From the NCBI GenBank assembly GCA_963696295.1, contig CAVOJR010000001.1:2784001-2848000 (forward strand): a stretch of DNA of 64,000 nt. Direction: 5' to 3'. The DNA comes from an uncultured Chlamydiae bacterium (GTDB taxonomy: Bacteria > Chlamydiota > Chlamydiia > Chlamydiales > JAJFMB01). The translations under genes and the position numbers were made by a program. Of the stretch, positions 11,391 to 20,383 are shown piece after piece. A model generated the notes under the pieces. The model was not told the origin of the DNA. It saw nothing but the letters and a program-made list of their open reading frames with translations, and did no database searches. How positions within the stretch are numbered: position 1 is the stretch's first letter; each line of letters begins with the position of its first letter.

Positions 11391-11452
11391 TGTCTAATCC
11401 CATAAATCCGTTTACTTAATTTTGAGTGAATTCCGATTTATGGGATTAGACA
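11391..11452. repeat. 62-bp inverted-repeat element between convergent stop codons (mini-MITE or bidirectional terminator)
   Basis: Perfect 18-bp IR tgtctaatcccataaatc / gatttatgggattagaca, abutting TAA (11388-90) and the minus-strand TAG (11453-55). Confidence 0.75.
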
Positions 11453-12601
11453 CTATAGATCGAGGTACTTCATCACTCGCACTCCAATGCCGTTGATCAC
11501 GCTGCGCATAAAAAACCAGGGCAGACGGCGCGCCAATGGCAAATGGCGGGAATAAACCGCGGTGTACTCAATATCGCTCTCGGCCCGGCGCAGTTTTTTA
11601 TACTGCGAAGCCCCGGCGCTTTGATTCACTATCAGACCTTTATCTTTTGCCTCCAGCGTCAGCAAAGTGGAAATGATGCGATAGAGCCCCAAATCTTGCG
11701 GAAGACTTGTGTCGTAGCCGAAAATCGGCGAAGTGGCCACGCCGTTGCGCGCAAAGTACCCCATGACGGCGTCAATCTTACCATCCTTTCTTAAGGCTTT
11801 TACGTTGAGTATTTTATTTTTAACAGCTAACTCAATGAAGTTCAAATTCAGCTGGGGGGAATAGTGGGTGTATTTATTGATATAGAGGTCCCGGTAGAGT
11901 TCGAGAATGCGGCCGTAGTCCTCTTTGTTGATCTGTTCGTTATTGATCACCTCATACTGGCTGTTCTGATAGACTTTCAGATCGCTTTTAAACATGCGGG
12001 CTTTAAAAGGCTCCTCCTTTTTGGTGTCTAAAAAATAGACAGGGCGGCAGGCGATGAGGTCAAATTTATTTTGGCTGAGCGATTTGAAACAGGCCGGATT
12101 GTCGAATTGGGTGATCGATCGAAAGGCGATGGCATGATCCGGATATCGCTCTGTAAGCGCTTTCTGAATAGCCTGAATTTGCGATTCGCTCATTTTAGGG
12201 TAGAGATTAGTGGTAAAGAGCCAATTGTTCACAAAAATAATTTTATTGATTTTTCCCGTGCGGAAGGCCTTTTTAAACAGCCTTAAAAAACAGGAAGCCA
12301 CCATTTTTATCAGCGGATTTTTGATGCACTGCACCTTTTCAAATCCGCAGTTAATGTAGAGCGTATAGGGAGAGCAGACATAGGAATTCTCATACTCGGC
12401 GTTGTTAATGGTGGCAGGGAAGACGATATCATCGACTTTGATGACGATCATTTCCGTTTCGGTGTTATCGATATAATGGCGGGCGCCGTTTTTAATTAAA
12501 GGATACAGGTAATTTTTAGCATATTGTCCTTCTTCATTTTCGGGCCAATATAAGAAATCAATTGTCGATGAATTGTAAATCTGAATTTTATGCTGAGGCA
12601 T
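11453..12601 (-). CDS. GNAT-fold acetyltransferase-like protein
   Basis: NSYVCSPY, VNNWLFTTNLYP, LYINKYTHYSPQL, PIFGYDTSLPQDLGLYR, NQSAGASQYKKLR. Confidence 0.7.
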   Translation of the reverse strand: MPQHKIQIYNSSTIDFLYWPENEEGQYAKNYLYPLIKNGARHYIDNTETEMIVIKVDDIVFPATINNAEYENSYVCSPYTLYINCGFEKVQCIKNPLIKMVASCFLRLFKKAFRTGKINKIIFVNNWLFTTNLYPKMSESQIQAIQKALTERYPDHAIAFRSITQFDNPACFKSLSQNKFDLIACRPVYFLDTKKEEPFKARMFKSDLKVYQNSQYEVINNEQINKEDYGRILELYRDLYINKYTHYSPQLNLNFIELAVKNKILNVKALRKDGKIDAVMGYFARNGVATSPIFGYDTSLPQDLGLYRIISTLLTLEAKDKGLIVNQSAGASQYKKLRRAESDIEYTAVYSRHLPLARRLPWFFMRSVINGIGVRVMKYLDL

Positions 12602-12722
12602 ATTCTCCCTTCGTTAGGACTCTTAAGCAGGTGTTTAGCAGCTCCTGTTTGAAACGTAGCCACAAGAGCTGCCACCCTTCTTTAGTCATATAAGAACCTG
12701 AAGGGATTTATTCAAGAAAAAA

Positions 12723-14150
12723 TTAACCTTTTATTACAAGATGAGGTTTTAATTTCGCAACCATTCTGGCAAGTCCTGCTTGCTGGACGGCGTCGACGAC
12801 CTGATCGACATCTTTATACGCATCGGGCATTTCTTCGGCGATAGTGCGGTAAGAAGAGGCCATCACATGGACTCCTTGCTTTAGCATGTGTTCTTCGATA
12901 TTTTTCCCTTTCCATGAACGGAGCGATTCGTGGCGGCTGCGCGCGCGGCCCGCGCCATGGCAGGAGCTGCACCATGTCAAGGGGTTGCCCTGACCCACCA
13001 TAATGTGGCTGGAGCGGCCCATATCGCCGGGCACCATGACGGGCTGGCCGGTGGTTTGAAAAAGGGGTGAAAGCTCTTTTGCTCCCGGTCCAAAAGCGCG
13101 AGTAGCTCCTTTGCGGTGCACGCAGAGCTTTCTTCTTACGCCATCCACTTCATAGGTCTCAAATTTGGCGATATTGTGGCATACATCGTAGAGAAGGCGT
13201 ATATCTTCAGGATTCATTCCGAACACCTGCTGAAAACTCATCCGGATCTCATGCAGAATGCGCTGCCGGTTGTTGAATGCAAAATTAGCCGCTGCCGCCA
13301 TGGCCATAAAATAGCGCTGTCCCGCCTCGCTTTTGATCGGCGCTGCCATCAATTGTTTATCGGGCAATCCTTCGGCATACCCTTGCTTGACAAAGCTGTT
13401 CAAGGTGTCCTGGCAGACCTGATGGCCGAAGCCGCGCGATCCGGAATGGATCAGCAGGTACATCTGCCCTTTTTCAAGCCCCCAGGCATCGGCGATGTCG
13501 GGTAAATAGATTTGGCTGATTTCCCCGATTTCCACGAAATGGTTGCCCGAACCGATGGAGCCTAGCTGATCCGAGCCGCGCAATTTCGCCAAAGGGGATA
13601 CCACTTCGATATCGCCCCCTTCAATGAAGCCATTGCTTTCGATATGGTCAAGATCGGACGGGATGCCAAATCCATGCTCGATCGACCATCTGGCCCCTTT
13701 TTTGACCAGTTCCCGGTAGTCCTGATCGGTGAGTTTATGCTCTTTTTTTTGCCCTTTGCCTACCCCTGAAGGGACATTTCCGAAAACCGCAGCGAGCAGT
13801 TTGTTTTTTTCTTTTTCGGTGAATTCGGAAAATTGCTTTGGGACTAACGCCAGCCTGACGCCGCAGTTGATGTCGTAGCCTACCCCACCCGGGCTGATGA
13901 CTCCATGTTCCGCATCCATGGCGGCCACACCCCCGATCGGAAAACCGTAGCCCCAATGGATATCGGGCATGGCGATGCTGTAGTTGACGATGCCTTTGAG
14001 GAATGCGACATTGCGCACTTGCTGCAGAGGATGCTCCATATCCGTCGCCTGCAAAAGCTCGGGCGTGGCTATCACCAGGCCGGGAACGAGCATCCCTCCC
14101 TCTTTGGGGAGCTTATAGATGCCGGGCGATACGGGTTCTAAATTATACAT
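12723..14150 (-). CDS. rtcB: RtcB RNA ligase (long archaeal/eukaryote-like type)
   Basis: MPDIHWGYGFPIGGV, GYDINCG, GSGNHF, HSGSRGFG, HRKGAT, PGDMG, SSCHGAGR, EEMPDAYK. Confidence 0.97.
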   Translation of the reverse strand: MYNLEPVSPGIYKLPKEGGMLVPGLVIATPELLQATDMEHPLQQVRNVAFLKGIVNYSIAMPDIHWGYGFPIGGVAAMDAEHGVISPGGVGYDINCGVRLALVPKQFSEFTEKEKNKLLAAVFGNVPSGVGKGQKKEHKLTDQDYRELVKKGARWSIEHGFGIPSDLDHIESNGFIEGGDIEVVSPLAKLRGSDQLGSIGSGNHFVEIGEISQIYLPDIADAWGLEKGQMYLLIHSGSRGFGHQVCQDTLNSFVKQGYAEGLPDKQLMAAPIKSEAGQRYFMAMAAAANFAFNNRQRILHEIRMSFQQVFGMNPEDIRLLYDVCHNIAKFETYEVDGVRRKLCVHRKGATRAFGPGAKELSPLFQTTGQPVMVPGDMGRSSHIMVGQGNPLTWCSSCHGAGRARSRHESLRSWKGKNIEEHMLKQGVHVMASSYRTIAEEMPDAYKDVDQVVDAVQQAGLARMVAKLKPHLVIKG

Positions 14151-14360
14151 CGACGATCATCTCCCATTCTAATAATTCGTTTTCTTTGATGAGCTTGAAA
14201 GCTGATGGCCTTTGCCGCATTCGCTGTCCGCAAGACCGACGGGTTCTAAATTATACATCGACGATCATCTCCCATTCTAATAAATCGTTTTCTTTGATGA
14301 TATCCCCGTGGAAGCTGACGGCCTTATAGGGGCTGCCGCATTCGCTGTCCGCAAGACCGA
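14131..14360. repeat. Tandem duplication of the archease-stop/rtcB-start junction
   Basis: Copies 14131-14239 (with deletions) and 14239-14360; first 45 bp identical. Confidence 0.92.
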
Positions 14361-15060
14361 TGGCGTTGTTTAACTCGATAATGATTTCATTGAGGTCGTT
14401 TATCGCTGCATCAAGAGGGAAATATTTAAGCAGTTCAGGATAGTGAAAGGCAAGGGCCATGCAGGCATTCCAATACATCTCTTGCAGGGATTCGGACCGG
14501 ATGTGAAAAGCGAGGTCGGCTGTGTGGGGCAGCTCCTGAAAAGGGGGCAATAAGTTAAGCTGCCACAAGGAGTTGTATTTGGAATGACCCAGAGACTCAA
14601 ACAAATGCAGAGTGTCGGACTTAACCGGAAGGGGGTGAAAGGCTTTTTTCCACTGGGTTGCATCAAAGGGGCTGCGGCAAAGAGTGGCGTGGGGAATATA
14701 ATCCCGTTCGCTTTTTTTTTCTCCAAAGCCCCGGGCTATAAGCCACTCAACGGCCTCTTTTTGGTAGGACAGAAAAGCTTCCTGCTTTCTACCGAAATTC
14801 GCTCTCCAGGCCACGACATGGGGATGTCTTGGCGGAAAGGAGAGACAGGCGTCGAAGAATCCGGCGAGCCCCACTTTAAAGGGAGGGGGCGGGAAAGCGT
14901 CCAGTTGGGAAAGCAGCCCCTCTATTTCCTCATCGCCGATAAAGACAAAAGTGAAATGGCGGTGCGGTTCCTCGATGATCCTGCCTTCGGGCAATTTTTC
15001 CGGCCACGATGCTTCTGCGTTCATCCCGAAAAAAAGGCGTTTGATGTTTTTTTCACTCAT
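14251..15060 (-). CDS. Fusion of 2H phosphoesterase (ThpR-like RNA 2',3'-cyclic phosphodiesterase) and archease
   Basis: N-terminal RLFFG, HFTFVFIG, YIPHATL (two HxT motifs); C-terminal LPHTADL, KAVSFH, terminal IVDV archease motifs. Confidence 0.85.
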   Translation of the reverse strand: MSEKNIKRLFFGMNAEASWPEKLPEGRIIEEPHRHFTFVFIGDEEIEGLLSQLDAFPPPPFKVGLAGFFDACLSFPPRHPHVVAWRANFGRKQEAFLSYQKEAVEWLIARGFGEKKSERDYIPHATLCRSPFDATQWKKAFHPLPVKSDTLHLFESLGHSKYNSLWQLNLLPPFQELPHTADLAFHIRSESLQEMYWNACMALAFHYPELLKYFPLDAAINDLNEIIIELNNAIGLADSECGSPYKAVSFHGDIIKENDLLEWEMIVDV

Positions 15061-15147
15061 AATTGGAAATTGAAACACAGTAATGATTTTAAAAAAAGTC
15101 TCAAATTTGTTATATATTGTAGTTCTGTCATTTTAGGGAGGATAGAC

Positions 15148-15543
15148 ATGGATTTGAACTGGTTAGGAATTATCGCGGCCGCGGTTGCGAATATAATTGT
15201 GGGTGCGGTCTGGTATTCGCCCCAGGTATTTGGGACGGCCTGGATGTGCCATGCCAAAGCCGATGTCGATAAATGTAAAGATGCAGGAGCCAGATATGCC
15301 GGAGCTTTCATTATAGCGCTGGTTACGGCTGCGGTGTTGTCTGTCGCTATTTCCCATATGGGTAATCACACCTTTTTACAGGGCGCAAAGATCGGATTTT
15401 TGATGTGGCTTGGTTTTGTGGCCCCGACGCAGGCTTCCGGAGTCATTTGGGAAAGCAAGTGCTGGTCCCTCTTTTTGATTCACACCGGCTGCATGCTGGT
15501 GACGCTGATCCTGATGGGCGGCATCCTCGGCGCAATGTCGTAA
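15148..15543 (+). CDS. DUF1761 family membrane protein
   Basis: NWLGIIAAAV..GAVWYSPQVFGTAW; SD GGAGG before ATG 15148. Confidence 0.85.
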   Translation: MDLNWLGIIAAAVANIIVGAVWYSPQVFGTAWMCHAKADVDKCKDAGARYAGAFIIALVTAAVLSVAISHMGNHTFLQGAKIGFLMWLGFVAPTQASGVIWESKCWSLFLIHTGCMLVTLILMGGILGAMS

Positions 15544-15564
15544 TAGAAGCGAGCAGCTTAAGTT

Positions 15565-17091
15565 CTAAGCTGCTTGCAGCTCCTGTTCTTCGCTTTCCCC
15601 TTCCAGCGCTTTTAAGCTTCGGTTCAGCTTCATATTCGCTCCGAACCAGACGGCTAAGATCACCATAAACACGACCCCAAGGTAGGGTGTCAGGGAGATA
15701 AGACTGGCCCCGGGGAATAGCGTCAAAAGGATCGTGAAGGTAAGAGAGCCTCCCGATTTGCCAAGACGTCCTCCTGCGACATCGACCGCCGCTTTTCCTT
15801 TAGTTTTGAGCTCATCGTCCAGAGGGATATAAGCCATTTCCTTGGTTGGATCGAAGAGAGAGTACTTGGAGGCTTTGCTAAGCGCGTTTTGCCAAAATCC
15901 AAACTGCACCGCTAATGCCACCGGCGTCAGAGAGAATATCAGGGGCAAAGTCGCGTCGTAAAAGTTACCGAAGTAGACCAGCCCAAAAAAGGCGGTTCCC
16001 GTGACAAGGATAATGGTCGGAACGATGCTTGCCGCTTTCAGCCAGCTTAACTGCCGTAAAATATTGCCGCCGATCAGCATCAAAGGCATAGCGATCAGAC
16101 CGGTTGTTTTAGAAAAACTACCCATATAAGCCGCATAGGCGTTGTAGTCGCCGTGGGTATAGATTTTTACTTGCCCTTTCCAAAGCACATCGAGGAAGTT
16201 AATAGTAATCCCGTAGGAGAAAACCAGGAGGGCTATGCATAAGAGATGGGGCGAGGTGAGGAGGTATTTAAAGCTTTCCGACATAGAGAGCTTCGGTTTT
16301 GATTTTTTTACCGGGTGGGCCGCAATTTGGGAAACTGGCTTTTCTAAACCTCTGACATTTAGCCAGTAATAAAGACCTGCGATGGCGAGGCCGCTAATGA
16401 CAACCGCCGAAAGCAAGTAATTCAGCGTGATTTGCCATGAGTCCTGGCCGACCGGCATCTCATTTTCCGCTCCGGCAAAATATTCTACTGAAAGACCCGC
16501 AATCACCAGGCCGATATTGCCGAAAAATCCAAAAAGAGCGTAGAACCGCTTTGCTTCCTGTTTATTGGTCGTATCATTAGCCAGCTGCCAGAAAAGCAAG
16601 GAGAGCATCACGCTGCCCCAAAGTTCTGCCAATATATAGAAAGCGGCATAACTCCAGATGCCCCAGATCGCAATAAACCACTTAATGCGGGGATACTGCT
16701 CTTTTAGGGTGGCGACAAGAGTGGCGGAGGGGTGAAGGGTCTCGGCATTGGGGTAAATCACAAAGGCAAACAAACCGAAAAAGAGGACAAATGGGGCAAG
16801 GCAAAGGTAAAAGATCTTTTCCTTATTCAGGCGGTTGGAGAGCTTGCTGTATAAAAGCATGAATAAAATGGCTGAAGGGGTGACGCCCCACAATTTCAAA
16901 AACGAGAGAATCTCAGCGTCCGATCCTTCCGCGTTAACCACCAGGGAATCCTTAATATTTCGGACAACAGTGTAATTGAACAGGATAAACAGCATCATCA
17001 GGGCCATCGGAATGAAGCGCTTCAGTTCATGCGTATGAACAGGAAACAAGATTCCTCTTAATTTTCCAAAAGATTGTTCATTATTATTCAT
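15565..17091 (-). CDS. Npt1/Npt2 (NTT) nucleotide transporter, ATP/ADP translocase family
   Basis: FNYTVVRNIKDSLVV, ELWGSVMLSLLFWQLAN, KYSLFDPTKEMAYIPLD, KGKAAVDV.G.RLGKSGG. Confidence 0.95.
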   Translation of the reverse strand: MNNNEQSFGKLRGILFPVHTHELKRFIPMALMMLFILFNYTVVRNIKDSLVVNAEGSDAEILSFLKLWGVTPSAILFMLLYSKLSNRLNKEKIFYLCLAPFVLFFGLFAFVIYPNAETLHPSATLVATLKEQYPRIKWFIAIWGIWSYAAFYILAELWGSVMLSLLFWQLANDTTNKQEAKRFYALFGFFGNIGLVIAGLSVEYFAGAENEMPVGQDSWQITLNYLLSAVVISGLAIAGLYYWLNVRGLEKPVSQIAAHPVKKSKPKLSMSESFKYLLTSPHLLCIALLVFSYGITINFLDVLWKGQVKIYTHGDYNAYAAYMGSFSKTTGLIAMPLMLIGGNILRQLSWLKAASIVPTIILVTGTAFFGLVYFGNFYDATLPLIFSLTPVALAVQFGFWQNALSKASKYSLFDPTKEMAYIPLDDELKTKGKAAVDVAGGRLGKSGGSLTFTILLTLFPGASLISLTPYLGVVFMVILAVWFGANMKLNRSLKALEGESEEQELQAA

Positions 17092-17230
17092 GTTTTTCTC
17101 GTTTTATTAAATTTTGATTAATAATTTAGACTTTTATTATATCCCGTTTTTACTTTAATGTCAATCGGCCATTATTCTGTTGTTTAAAAAATATAGGGAG
17201 TATAGTATATCTGCAAAATATAGGTGTAAT

Positions 17231-18487
17231 ATGCAGATCGCTTTGGTTTTTTCTTTTATAGCCGGTTATTCCCTCATCATTTTCGAACATATAGTCAAAG
17301 TGAATAAATCGGCTATAGCCCTGATGATTGCCGTTTTGAGCTGGGCCATTTTGTTTATGGTGGGCGCTCCTGCCGATATTGCCCATCATTTAGAGCGTCA
17401 TTTGGCGGAAATCAGCCAGATAATCTTTTTTTTATTCGGAGCCATGACCATTGTCGAGCTGATTGACTCCCATCAAGGCTTTGCTGTGATCACCCAGCTG
17501 ATCAGCTCTCCCACAAAGTGGAAAATGATGTGGCTTATTTCCCTGCTCACCTTCTTTATGTCCTCCGTATTGGATAATCTGACCACCACCATCGTCATGG
17601 TTTCCCTTTTGCGCAAGCTGATCAAAGGGCAGCATGACCGCTGGATGTTCGGTTCTTTAGTCGTGATAGCTGCAAATGCCGGGGGAGCCTGGACCCCTAT
17701 TGGAGATGTGACCACCACCATGCTTTGGATCAACGGGCAAATTTCGGCCTGGCCCATCATGAAGTCTTTGTTTATCCCCAGCCTCGTCTCACTCGTTGTT
17801 TCCGTGCTTTATCAAATGTATCTTTACCGCGGACGGGAAGTTGAATTTATTGATGAGAGCCTATCCATCCGGACCGAGCCCTATGGCACGCCTATTTTTT
17901 TTATGGGGTTAGGCGTGCTCGTCGCCGTGCCTATATTGAAAGTTCTGATGCACATTCCCCCGTTTATGGGGATATTAATCGGACTTGGACTCCTTTGGCT
18001 TGTGACCGATCTGGTCCATCACAAGCATGAAAAGAGGGAGCATCTTCGCATGCCGAACATCATACAAAAGGTCGATGTCTCGAGCGTTTTGTTCTTTTTA
18101 GGGATTTTACTCTCAATTTCTGCATTAGAGAGCGCAGGGATCTTGAAAAATTTTGCCGGCTTTGTTAATATCTTTGTACCTTCTGAGCAAATCGTCGCAG
18201 CAACGATAGGATTAGCCTCTTCGGTAGTGGATAATGTACCTCTGGTAGCTGCTTGTATGGGAATGTACGATCTGCAAGTTTACGAGGCAGATTGCTCATT
18301 TTGGCAAATGATTGCCTATTGCGCAGGAACAGGAGGAAGCATTCTGATTATTGGGTCGGCCGCAGGGGTGGCCTTAATGGGAATGGAGAAGGTCGATTTT
18401 TTCTGGTATGTCAAAAATGTTTCATTGACTGCCTTGGTCGGCTATTTTGTGGGATTTGGCATCTACCTGATCCTTAACATGATTTGA
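17231..18487 (+). CDS. nhaD: Na+/H+ antiporter NhaD family
   Basis: GAMTIVELIDSHQGF, LDNLTTTIVM, AANAGGAWTPIGDVTTTMLW, VDNVPLVAA, GTGGSILIIGSAAGV. Confidence 0.92.
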   Translation: MQIALVFSFIAGYSLIIFEHIVKVNKSAIALMIAVLSWAILFMVGAPADIAHHLERHLAEISQIIFFLFGAMTIVELIDSHQGFAVITQLISSPTKWKMMWLISLLTFFMSSVLDNLTTTIVMVSLLRKLIKGQHDRWMFGSLVVIAANAGGAWTPIGDVTTTMLWINGQISAWPIMKSLFIPSLVSLVVSVLYQMYLYRGREVEFIDESLSIRTEPYGTPIFFMGLGVLVAVPILKVLMHIPPFMGILIGLGLLWLVTDLVHHKHEKREHLRMPNIIQKVDVSSVLFFLGILLSISALESAGILKNFAGFVNIFVPSEQIVAATIGLASSVVDNVPLVAACMGMYDLQVYEADCSFWQMIAYCAGTGGSILIIGSAAGVALMGMEKVDFFWYVKNVSLTALVGYFVGFGIYLILNMI

Positions 18488-18570
18488 TTTTTGTAAAATT
18501 GATGCTTGCATAGAAATTGGTAAATCATTTATTTCATTCTAAATTATTTTAAATGTATAGGAGGTCCCAA

Positions 18571-19212
18571 ATGGTAGACCTGAACAAAATTAGTTTATCG
18601 GCAGCTCATCATGTCGGTCCTGTCTCTCTGAAGGCAGTAAAAAAAGAAAGTGAAAACCAGGCAGCTCGTCTCTTTGATGAAATGGTCGGACAACTTGGCC
18701 ATCATTTACTGGAGCAGTACCAGATCGCCGTCAATGAGGAGGGGTGCGCTACACTTACCCTCCAGTTGAAAGGGGTTGATGAGGTTTTCGCTTATGATTC
18801 CTGCAGCAGCGAGGCTTTAAGCGCTGCATTCAACGCGGATGTCGCCTTTGGAATGCTGAACACCCTCTTTAAAGAGCAGAATGGAGAACTTCAGATGACC
18901 TCTCCCTCAGAGATTCAGCATACGAAGAGCGAAGTTGCGGTCAGAGTGTCCCTTTCCGATTACATTCATCAAGGGGAATTCAACTTTGAGAAGTTTAAGC
19001 TGGACGTTTTAGGCTCTTTGAAGAAAAAGAGCGACTCCCTGTCTACGGCTTTTGAAAGATATGCTCCGCAAGTCTCCCTGAAGGGGAAATACCCTCAAAC
19101 CTTCAATTTGACTTTGTGGTTTAACGACGCCCTTTGCCTCTTCAACTCTAAGCATCCCGATTTGCTCTCCCTGGAAGGCATGCTGCGCCGCTCTATGGAA
19201 GGGCAGCGCTAA
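18571..19212 (+). CDS. Hypothetical protein
   Basis: ORF with SD AGGAGG before ATG 18571. Confidence 0.65.
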   Translation: MVDLNKISLSAAHHVGPVSLKAVKKESENQAARLFDEMVGQLGHHLLEQYQIAVNEEGCATLTLQLKGVDEVFAYDSCSSEALSAAFNADVAFGMLNTLFKEQNGELQMTSPSEIQHTKSEVAVRVSLSDYIHQGEFNFEKFKLDVLGSLKKKSDSLSTAFERYAPQVSLKGKYPQTFNLTLWFNDALCLFNSKHPDLLSLEGMLRRSMEGQR

Positions 19213-19349
19213 ACGGGTTGGGGCGTTGTTGCAGCTCATCTCAATTGCCCCAATCGATAAATTAATCAAATCTTAATTTTATTTTTATAAAAAACCAATA
19301 TATTTATATTATATTAATAATATAACAATGTGTAATTTGGTTCTTTATC

Positions 19350-20306
19350 ATGAATAGTAATGTGTGTGAAGTAGATCGTGTTCCTTCACAAAATACATTT
19401 AATACATTAAAGCCTATACCCTCCACCCCGCCTCTTTACAAAAGGGTCTCTGATGTCGCTATCCGAATATTCAATGATATGTATGAAAACGTCACAGGAG
19501 TTCGGCTCGGTATCGCAGCCACACGCTATACCTTGAAAACGGCAAGAGAGATCTATCCCCGTTTTGGGCGCAGATTAGGCTCCTCCATCGGAGCTCTTGG
19601 CTGCGCGGCGATCTACTCCATCATGAAGACTCCGAAACATACCGTAATGGCTCTGCAGGCGACCCGCGAAAGCTTTGCCCTGGGAGACAAGGAGGGTGTC
19701 TTTTTCGGATCCCTTGATGCCGGCCAAGCCCTGGGTAACGGGTTGGACTCGGCCATCGTAATCAATTATTCCTTGAAAGAGATACTGGATTTTTTCCATC
19801 ATTCCGTGATCACAGTCCCTGAGATTTTTGCCAAAATATTTCTCCCGCTCGATTTGGCTTTGACCGCAGTGGATATTCTGACACAGGGAGTAACTATTTA
19901 TCGGACTCATGAGTTATTACAAAAAGTAGAGTCGGGAAAAATGAGTGTAAAAAGCCGGCCAGGCAGTGCCATTATCAAGGAGATCAAGCTGAAATTAAAC
20001 GAATCGAATCCGGCTGAAGTTGAAAAGCGAGAGATTATCAGACATAGCTCCGAGAAAGTTTTTAACGCTATCCAGAGCGGGTCATATAAGGATGAAGTTA
20101 AGGCCTTTTTGCATAGGAAGTTGAACATCGATATAGCCAATGAGACGGTCAACATCATTACTTTCCTTGCTCTCTGCACCTTTTTGATCACAGCGATAGC
20201 TCCCTATGTCGGCCTGGGGATATTGTCTCTATTGGCGATCTTTAAGCTTGTGATGTATGTTAAGGAAAACAGCTATCTTTATAAAGAGTCACCACACTTA
20301 ATTTAA
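19350..20306 (+). CDS. Hypothetical membrane protein, Inc/effector-like (paralog of next gene)
   Basis: C-terminal bilobed hydrophobic segment; no signal peptide; AT-rich promoter. Confidence 0.6.
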   Translation: MNSNVCEVDRVPSQNTFNTLKPIPSTPPLYKRVSDVAIRIFNDMYENVTGVRLGIAATRYTLKTAREIYPRFGRRLGSSIGALGCAAIYSIMKTPKHTVMALQATRESFALGDKEGVFFGSLDAGQALGNGLDSAIVINYSLKEILDFFHHSVITVPEIFAKIFLPLDLALTAVDILTQGVTIYRTHELLQKVESGKMSVKSRPGSAIIKEIKLKLNESNPAEVEKREIIRHSSEKVFNAIQSGSYKDEVKAFLHRKLNIDIANETVNIITFLALCTFLITAIAPYVGLGILSLLAIFKLVMYVKENSYLYKESPHLI

Positions 20307-20383
20307 ATATTTAATTTACCTTAATTATAATTAAATAATTTCGTGTTATTTTATAGGTATATGAATTAAATAATAATGATAAT

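Noticed and set aside
14003..14329. 108-aa plus-strand ORF with a repeated RVLNYTSTIISHSN
   Set aside because: Antisense shadow of rtcB and of the junction duplication.
14131..14360. Diversity-generating retroelement template/variable repeat pair
   Set aside because: Differences are deletions and mixed substitutions, not adenine-specific, and no reverse transcriptase is present.
14584..15147. N-terminal extension of the 319-aa ORF 14584-15543
   Set aside because: Antisense to the 2H-archease gene; the DUF1761 domain and SD start at 15148.
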